From the human T2T-CHM13v2.0 reference genome, Homo sapiens, in the NCBI RefSeq assembly GCF_009914755.1, contig NC_060927.1: 64,000 nt of DNA. One strand, written 5' to 3'. The notes under the pieces are model-generated. The model did no database searches. It saw only the letters and a program-made list of their open reading frames with translations, and was not told where the DNA came from. Shown piece after piece: positions 57,178 to 64,000 of the stretch (position 1 is the stretch's first letter; each line of letters opens with the position of its first letter). A program made the translations under genes and the position numbers.

Positions 57178-60100
57178 TTACAGGGAGGTACAGCTGTGAC
57201 CCCGGGAAACTCTGGCCACTATCTGATGGACATTGGTGTTAGTGTCAGCACATGCTGCAGAATGATGGGGAAGGTAGGGGAAGGGAATACCCTGGTTAGT
57301 GTCCCCATCTGCGAGTTACCCTCCACAGTGCAAGGTGCTTATCCCCATCCAGACAGAAGCGTGCAGGTGCTGAAGCAGGAGCTGCCTCCGCCTGCCTCCT
57401 CTCACCCACTCTAGCCCCAGTCTCCTCACCAGACCTCAAGGCCATGCATGGGGCTTGGGCATAGGAAGCCCAGGACGGAGCCCTGACCCTTGGGACCTTC
57501 TCGTGCCCACCCAATGCTAGGCCCAGTGTGACTGGGGAGGAGCTGAGAGGTTAAATGATGAGCCCCGGAAAAGGCTCTTAGCAGTTGCAGCCACGTGTAA
57601 TTTACAGCAGGTCTGAATCCCCACTGCCCATAATTCACTTCCATTTGTGTGACCCCAGGCCCCTTGGGGAGGATGCTGGGAGAAGGCAAGAGTTGGGGGT
57701 GGCGCTATTTTCAGCACCGGGAGTTGAATGGTGGGGGATGATTGATGCAATCTGTGGGTCTGCTTGTGCTCCTGTGCCCTAGACCCTCCCAGCCACGAGA
57801 CCCCACCCGCCCAGCACCAACCCCAGTTCCTGCCCTTGCTAAGCAAAGGCCCGCCAGGCCTCACGCCGGGACTGGCCGGGTCAGTTTTGCCGGGCGTTGC
57901 TGTTATCCCCATGTATCAGAGAAGGAAATTGAGGCTGACAAGCAAACTCACTGCCCAAGGCCACACAGCCAGAATCATCCGAGTCCAGCCCTGTGGGCTG
58001 TCCCACCCACACTCCTTCTGTGCCACTGTCCCCCACCCCCTGGCCCTCCTGTGTAAGTTTGACTCTCCCCTCTGCTTTCTCCGCATCTGCACCTCCCACC
58101 CCCAGATGGAGACTCCTGAGCAGGCAGTGAGGACTGCGGAGGGGTCATCACACTAGCGTCCCTTTCCATGCTCGGCTCAGCTGTCCACTAAGGGCCGTCT
58201 TCAGCCCGGTGCTGGGTGCTGGCTCAGCAGAGGAGGGGGCCATAAGCCAGTATGCCCAGTGCACAGGGGAAGATGGAATGCAACTTCATGAGAGCAAGAA
58301 GAGGCCACCAGCAGTTTAGCCTCGGTGCAGGGAGGTCAGAGAGGGCTTCCTGGAGGAGGTGATGCCTAACCTCAAAGAGGCACCGGAGCTGCCAATGGAT
58401 GCAGTAGTTCAGGCAGGGAGAGGAGGAAACAGCATGTGCAAAGACCCAGAGGCAGGAAGGAGCACGGCACATCAGTCTTTCGCTACTGCTGGCCCTGCCT
58501 TGCCTGACCCCTCCCCTCCCCATCCGTGCCCTCCCTGACCTCCCCCACCCACACCCATCCTCTCCTGCCGGCTCCTCTGCAGACCGGAAGGCGAGGTGGA
58601 ATCCAGTCCCACAGCTCTCAATGAAGAGAAACTGCTTGGAAGGAAAAAAAAATAACATTAATTTCATTGTCTCCACTCCCAGATCCTGCCTGAAAAACAA
58701 AAACAAAAATCAAACCCCAGCTGGGGAGGTTTTATCTGGCTATCTGGCGAGGCTTTCAAGGAGGGGGATTGAACGGTGGACACAGGCCCGGACCCCCGTG
58801 GGCGGTGGAGAAAGCAGGCCTGGTTTCCCTGGGTGGTGGAGTGGGCAATCCCTCCATGCTCCTGCCAAATCCCTGCATGCTCCCACCTCCTAGCTCAGCA
58901 GGTGCTGGGCGGTCGCTGCTGCTGCTGGGGTGGGACAGCGGTGCTGACCATGCTGTGTGTGGGCGCTCTTCCCTAATAACTTCAGTTAGTTCCCTGCCAG
59001 CCCTGGAGGCAGGGTGTTACCCCTTCACAGGCATCAAAGGGTGTGCCTGGTCAGGAGTCCTCAGTCACACAGCAGAGCTGGGATGTGAACCTGGGGTTTT
59101 CTGGCCCCAGAGCCCACTAGCTTGCTGGGCTCATGCCACAGTGCACAGGGCTCTAGGGGCAGTTAATGAAGAGGAAACACAGGCAGGGTCAGGCAGGGCC
59201 ACTCCTTCCCCCGCCCCACACATGCAGCTACGTCTGCTCACACTTCCAGGGACAGGGAGCTCACTCCTCACCGTCAGCCTCACACATATGTCCCCTTGCT
59301 GGAAATGTCCACTCCCACCCCCACCCCGGCCAGGTTCCTAATCACTGACCGGGAGACCAGGAGGCTCTAGAATGGTGGGGCAGGACTGGAGGTGAAGACC
59401 ATGGAACATATGAGCCCCACAACCTCAGCCTTTCCTAGAAAGAAGCTTCCGGCTCCTGCTCAGCCTGGGTGGGGATGAAGGCATCTGTGTGCTAACCACA
59501 TGCCCCGGAGCCAGCCATTCCCACGGTGGCCCCCATCAATGCCCCACCCTCCTCCTGTCCTTGCCCAGTGCTGGCTCCCTTGGCCTGGGCTTGGGACCCG
59601 ACACATCCCCATCTGAGATCAGTATCCACGAAGGAGACTCGGTGTGATGCGAGGGCCTGCCATAACCCAGCACTGCACCCAAAATGGCGCCACCTCATCT
59701 GCTGGCTCTGCCGACAGCACTATGGGGACTGTGAAGACAGGAGGGAGAAGGGGAAGGAGAACAGGACGGCCACAGGAGGGAAGGAGTAGTCTGGCCCCTT
59801 CCAGCACTAAGGTGCCCTGGGGACAGTCCCTTGGGGTGCCTACTGGACCTCAGATAACCTTACTCCCCAAAGCCCCTCACAGCCCTGTGGGCCATATCAC
59901 CCGTCCTTGGTGCCAGGCCCAGGCAGGGCTTTCCATTGCCCCACAGTCCTCCAGAGGGTGTAATTAGGCCCATTTTACAGATGGGGCACACTAGAGCCCC
60001 AGCACTGTGCTGGTGGCTCCAAAAGCAGCAAGGGGTCCCCAGGCCAGGTCCGGCCGACCCCTACGTAGGGACTGGGTGCCTCCCCCTTCCACTTCCCTCC

Positions 60101-60472
60101 AGGGTTGACCTCAGCAGCTCCTGGTTGGGCTTTTCCCAGAGCCAAGGCCGGAAGCACGAGTCCCGAGTGTTTGTTCAGGCTGGGCTGGGGCTCCGGGCTG
60201 GCGAGGCGGAAACAGCCGCAAGATGTTTGTCCAAGGGGGTCAGGCTCCCCCACCGGGAGGAAGGAGGAAGGAGGAAAGGCCGGAGGAGCAGGAGGCCCGA
60301 GTCAGCTCTCCCAGCCAGGTTCTCACCTCCAGCCTTGCCTTCCTCACCCCCAGAGGCTGGGCTGCACACAGTAGGCGCTCAGTGGCTGAGGAAGGAGATG
60401 TGGTGCTCTCCTCTCCTTCACTCAGCCGGGGCTCAGGCCCCAATCCCAATCGCCCTGGCCTCCTCTTCCTTC

Positions 60473-61110
60473 TGTCTTAGTCCAAACTGTGTGCCCCCGA
60501 CAAATTCAAATGTTGAAACCCCCAATACCTCAGGATGAGACTGTATCTGGAGACAGCCTTTAAAGAGTTCATTAAGTTAAAATGAGATGGTATGAGGAGA
60601 TTAGGGCCAGGTGCGGTGGCTCACGCCTGTGATCCTAGCACTTTGGGAGGCTGATGCAGGAGGATCGCTTGAGCCCAGGAGTTCGAGACCAGCCTAGGCA
60701 ACACAGTGAGACCCCCCCCGCCCCGCCCCGCCATCTCTACAAAAAGTTAGCTGGGCATGGAGGCTGCTGCCCGTAGTCTCAGCTACTTAGAGGACCGAGG
60801 TGGGAAGATGGCTTGAGCCCAGGAGGTCAAGGCTGCAGTGAGCTGTGGCTGTACCACTTGCACCCTCCAGAACTGAGAGGAAATAGGTTTCTGTTGTTGA
60901 GCGATCCAGTCTGTGGCCTCTTGTTACGGCAGCCTAGCAAGCAAACCTCCCCCTGGCCCCGTGACCTCTCCCGCTGTTCTGGAGGCTGCAAGGCCAAGTC
61001 CAAGACCAAGGAGTCTGCAGGGTTGGTGTCTGCTGCAGCCTCTCTCCTTGGCTTGCAGATGGTGCCTTCTGGCTGTGTCCTCACATGATCTTCCCTCACT
61101 TCCTGCATAT
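60473..61110. mobile_element. MaLR LTR (MLT1-like) fragments in both orientations, interrupted by an Alu
   Basis: CAAATTCAAATGTTGAAACCC...TAAGTTAAAATGAG; CCTCCAGAACTGAGAG...TTTCTGTTG; TTCTGGAGGCTG...AAGTCCAAGACCAAGG...GGCTTGCAGATGG. Confidence 0.7.
60605..60862 (+). mobile_element. AluJ, 3'-truncated
   Basis: GGCCAGGTGCGGTGGCTCACGCC...GGTCAAGGCTGCAGTGAGC. Confidence 0.88.
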
Positions 61111-61129
61111 CTGAATCCTCAGCTCCACT

Positions 61130-61268
61130 TCTTTTTTTTTTTTTTTGAGACAGGGTCTGACTCTGTCACCCAGGCTGGAGTGCAGTGTTGCGATCTCAGC
61201 TCACTGCAGCCTCGACTTCCTAGGCTCAAGCCATCCTCCAACCTCAGCCTCCTGAGTAGCTGGGACCC
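61130..61268 (-). mobile_element. AluJ right-arm fragment
   Basis: T tract then GAGACAGGGTCTGACTCTGTCACCCAGGCTGGAGTGCAG. Confidence 0.88.
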
Positions 61269-62149
61269 CTGGCAGAGGCACCATCGAGGCTTCCCTTTGG
61301 CTCTCCGCTCCAGCAGCACTGGCCTCCTCACTGAGCTTGGTCCAGGACGGTGCTTTTGCTGTGCCTTCTGCCTGTCATGCCCTTTCCAGATCTCCCCAGG
61401 GCTGCCGCCTTCTTATCCCTCAGGTTTCTGCTCAAATATCCCCCTCCAAAGAGGCCCTCCCTGACCAAAGTGCCAATCAGGGCTAGTATCCATCTCTCTC
61501 ACTGGATGGACCTTCACCAGGGCAGGGGATATGTCTCCAGGGCCACAGCAGGGCCCGGCACACAGTAGGTGCACAGTAAAGGTTTGCTGAAGGCAGTCAG
61601 GCTCACCTTGGTACTGCCACCCCATCTCCCAAAACACAGGGTCACAGGGTCTCAGAGGCAGAGCAGGGCCTCCAGGGGGGCCCGTGGATGTGGGTGGTCC
61701 AACCATGAGGACTGCCTACCTGCTGGGGGCACAGGCTGCAGCCACCCATCCCCTCGGCTTCCCACGCAGCACCTGTGTTCACCGCCCCCTTCCCCATCTG
61801 TCTTCCAGTGATTCCTCCAGAGGCTGCTTGTTTGGGAAGAAGGCTAGATGGCTAAGCAGGTAGGACCAGGTGGAAACCCAGCCCATCACTTTGGACTTGG
61901 GGACTCTGCCAGTGCCTCCCTGCTCCAGTGTCTGAGGAGGACTTGAGCATAGGAAGGTGCGTGCCTGCTCAGTCCTGGGACTCGTGGGGTGGAGCATTCA
62001 CCTGGGGACTCGTGGGGTAGAGCTGGGGCTGGGACCACTGCCTGCACCTCCATCTGGGAGCAGGATGAGGGAAGGGCAGGAAACCACTGGGAGGCGCTGG
62101 GTGGGAGTTCGCTCTTTGCTCAGTCAACCCTGTCTTGAGACAGCCCTAC

Positions 62150-63120
62150 TCCCACTTGAAAGGCTGAGACAGAAAAGACTGACACCACCAAGTGTGGGTG
62201 AGGATGTGGAGCCACAGGGGCAGGGGTGAAATGTGAAATGGTGCAGCCACTCTGTAAAACCTTTTGCTAGTTTCTTCAAAAAAAGTCAAATGTGGCTGGA
62301 CGCGGTGGCTCACGCCTGTAATCCCAGCACTTTGGGAGGCCGAGGCGGGCGGATCACGAGGTCAGGAGATAGAGACCAGCCTGGCTAACACGGTGAAACC
62401 CTGTGTCTACTAAAAATACAAAAAAAATTAGCCGGGCGCGGTGGCAGGCGCCTGTAATCCCAGCTACTCAGGAGGCTGAGGCAGGAGAATGGCATGAACC
62501 CGGGAGGCGGAGCTTGCAGTGAGCCGAGATTGCGCCACTGCACTCCTGGGACAGACAGAGTGAGACTGTCTCAAAAAAAAAAAAAAAAAAAAGTCAAATG
62601 TAGACACGTGCATCCTGGCAATCCCACGTCTAGATATTGGAATAAAATTAAAACACAGGTCCATAAAAACCTGTACAGATGCTTGTCACAGCTCCATTGA
62701 TAATTGCTGCAATCTGGAAACAAGCCAAGTGTCCCTGGGCTGGTGAAAAGGTAAACACATGGAGGCCTCCATACAATGGAACGAAAAGGAACAGCCTCTT
62801 GATACTCCGACACAAGGATGCATCTCCAAGCCAGGCTGGAAAGGCTCCACGCTGCAGGATCCCATGTACATGCTGTTTGGAAAAGGCCAGGCCACAGGAC
62901 GGGACACAGATGGGTAGTTGCCAGGGCTAGGGCTGGGGCTGGGGGGAGGGACTGACTGGGAAGGGCCACCAGGGAATTTTCTGGTTGCTGGGAATGTTCC
63001 ATGTCTTGTTCAGAGCATTTACAGGGTATAAACGTGCAAAGTTTACCAGACTTCACATTTGAGATCTGAGGCCACTTCTCCTGATGTAAATTATAACTCA
63101 ATGAATAAAAGTTTTTAAAA
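62150..63120 (+). mobile_element. L1ME-like 3' fragment interrupted by an Alu
   Basis: CTGACACCACCAAGTGTGGGTGAGGATGTGGAG; AATCTGGAAACAAGCCAAGTGTCC; ends ATGTAAATTATAACTCAATGAATAAAAG. Confidence 0.8.
62295..62592 (+). mobile_element. AluY-like element
   Basis: GGATCACGAGGTCAGGAGAT, GGCATGAACCCGGGAGGCGGAGCTTGCAGTGAGCCGAGAT; TSD AAAAAAGTCAAATGT. Confidence 0.92.
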
Positions 63121-63149
63121 ACAACCCAGTTCCATACTCGCCAGCCTGT

Positions 63150-63950
63150 GCCAGGTTCTTAGCCTGGGGACAGAGCTGGGGCGGGGCGGGTCCCTGCTTT
63201 CTGACCGGCAGGGGTGGGAGGGGCCCAGGCTGGGGTGCTGCGAAGGCAACCCAGGGAGGGCGCCCGAGCCCCGCCCAGGCCAGGCCCCAGGCTCTCCCGT
63301 GCTCCCGCCCCGCAGAGAGAGGCCGGAAGCGGCCCCGGAGGGCCCATTGTCCGCGCTTCCGTTCCGGCTCCGCCTCGTCCTCCCGCGGCCAGAGGTGCGA
63401 CCTCTGAGCCCCTGGCCAGCTCCCAGCCGGCCTAGGGGGGCGGGGGCACGGGGCGGAGGTCCCGCAGCCCGTGCTCGTCCCGCCTCGCTTGGAGGGAGCA
63501 AGGGCTCCGAGCCCTGGGCCCAGGTCCTGTGCCTCCGCTTCCCCGGCTGCGGGTACACCCCCAGCTTCCCGAGCCCCCCGGGCCCTCGCTGCTCCACCCA
63601 GAAGTTGCGGTGACTGCGGCCCCAGCACCCCGTTCCCTGGCCGGGCATCACTTGCGCAGCACGCTGCCCCCAGAGGACAGGGCTACAGTTAGTCGCCCAC
63701 ACCTCATTCACCCCCTTGGGCCCTTGAGCGTCTTAGAAGCCGCAGATGCCAAGGAGGGGACGCTGCCTCGCGGATGGTCACTTGGGAGCAAAGCTGGGGA
63801 CTAAAGGAACCAGGGACAGAGATTCCTGCTCTCGCCAAATTGGCCGCTCTGGGCCAGGCACTGAGGACACACCGCGAAGCCGGATAGCCAGGTCCTGTCC
63901 TCAGGGCCCTGTCCGGAAGAGGACTGGGCAGCCTCGAGTCCGCGGCAATG
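63150..63950. promoter_or_regulatory. Orphan CpG-rich element (enhancer/promoter-like), ~20 kb upstream of PLXND1
   Basis: Abrupt rise in CpG density; GC boxes GGGGCGGGGCGGG (~63178-63190); ETS CCGGAAG (~63323). Confidence 0.65.
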
Positions 63951-64000
63951 AATGAATGTTCAATTGCACAGATGGGGAGGCGAAGGAGGGAGGGAGGGAG

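Overview
GC-rich mammalian (almost certainly human, 3q22.1) genomic DNA containing the 5' two-thirds of PLXND1 (plexin-D1, the SEMA3E receptor) on the minus strand. I traced 25 coding exons by hand. They run from the ATG at 43075 to the exon-25 donor at 1767, all have GT-AG borders and keep frame (4521 nt, 1507 codons), and encode the signal peptide, Sema, PSI and IPT domains, the TM helix and the start of the GAP domain. Later exons lie left of the window. The window also holds the CpG-island promoter, about 20 kb of upstream intergenic DNA ending in a second, orphan CpG-rich element, a tailless 7SL retropseudogene, and Alu, L1, L2, MIR and MLT repeats. I found no convincing novel multi-gene system. 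The best leads are regulatory or splicing oddities in PLXND1: a GGC repeat just past the exon-1 donor that reads in frame as poly-Gly, a one-orientation CAGGTG array, an overlapping uORF, a duplicated decoy donor in intron 23, two stop-free 93-nt introns, and candidate FOX:ETS, PBX-HOX and NRF1 elements.
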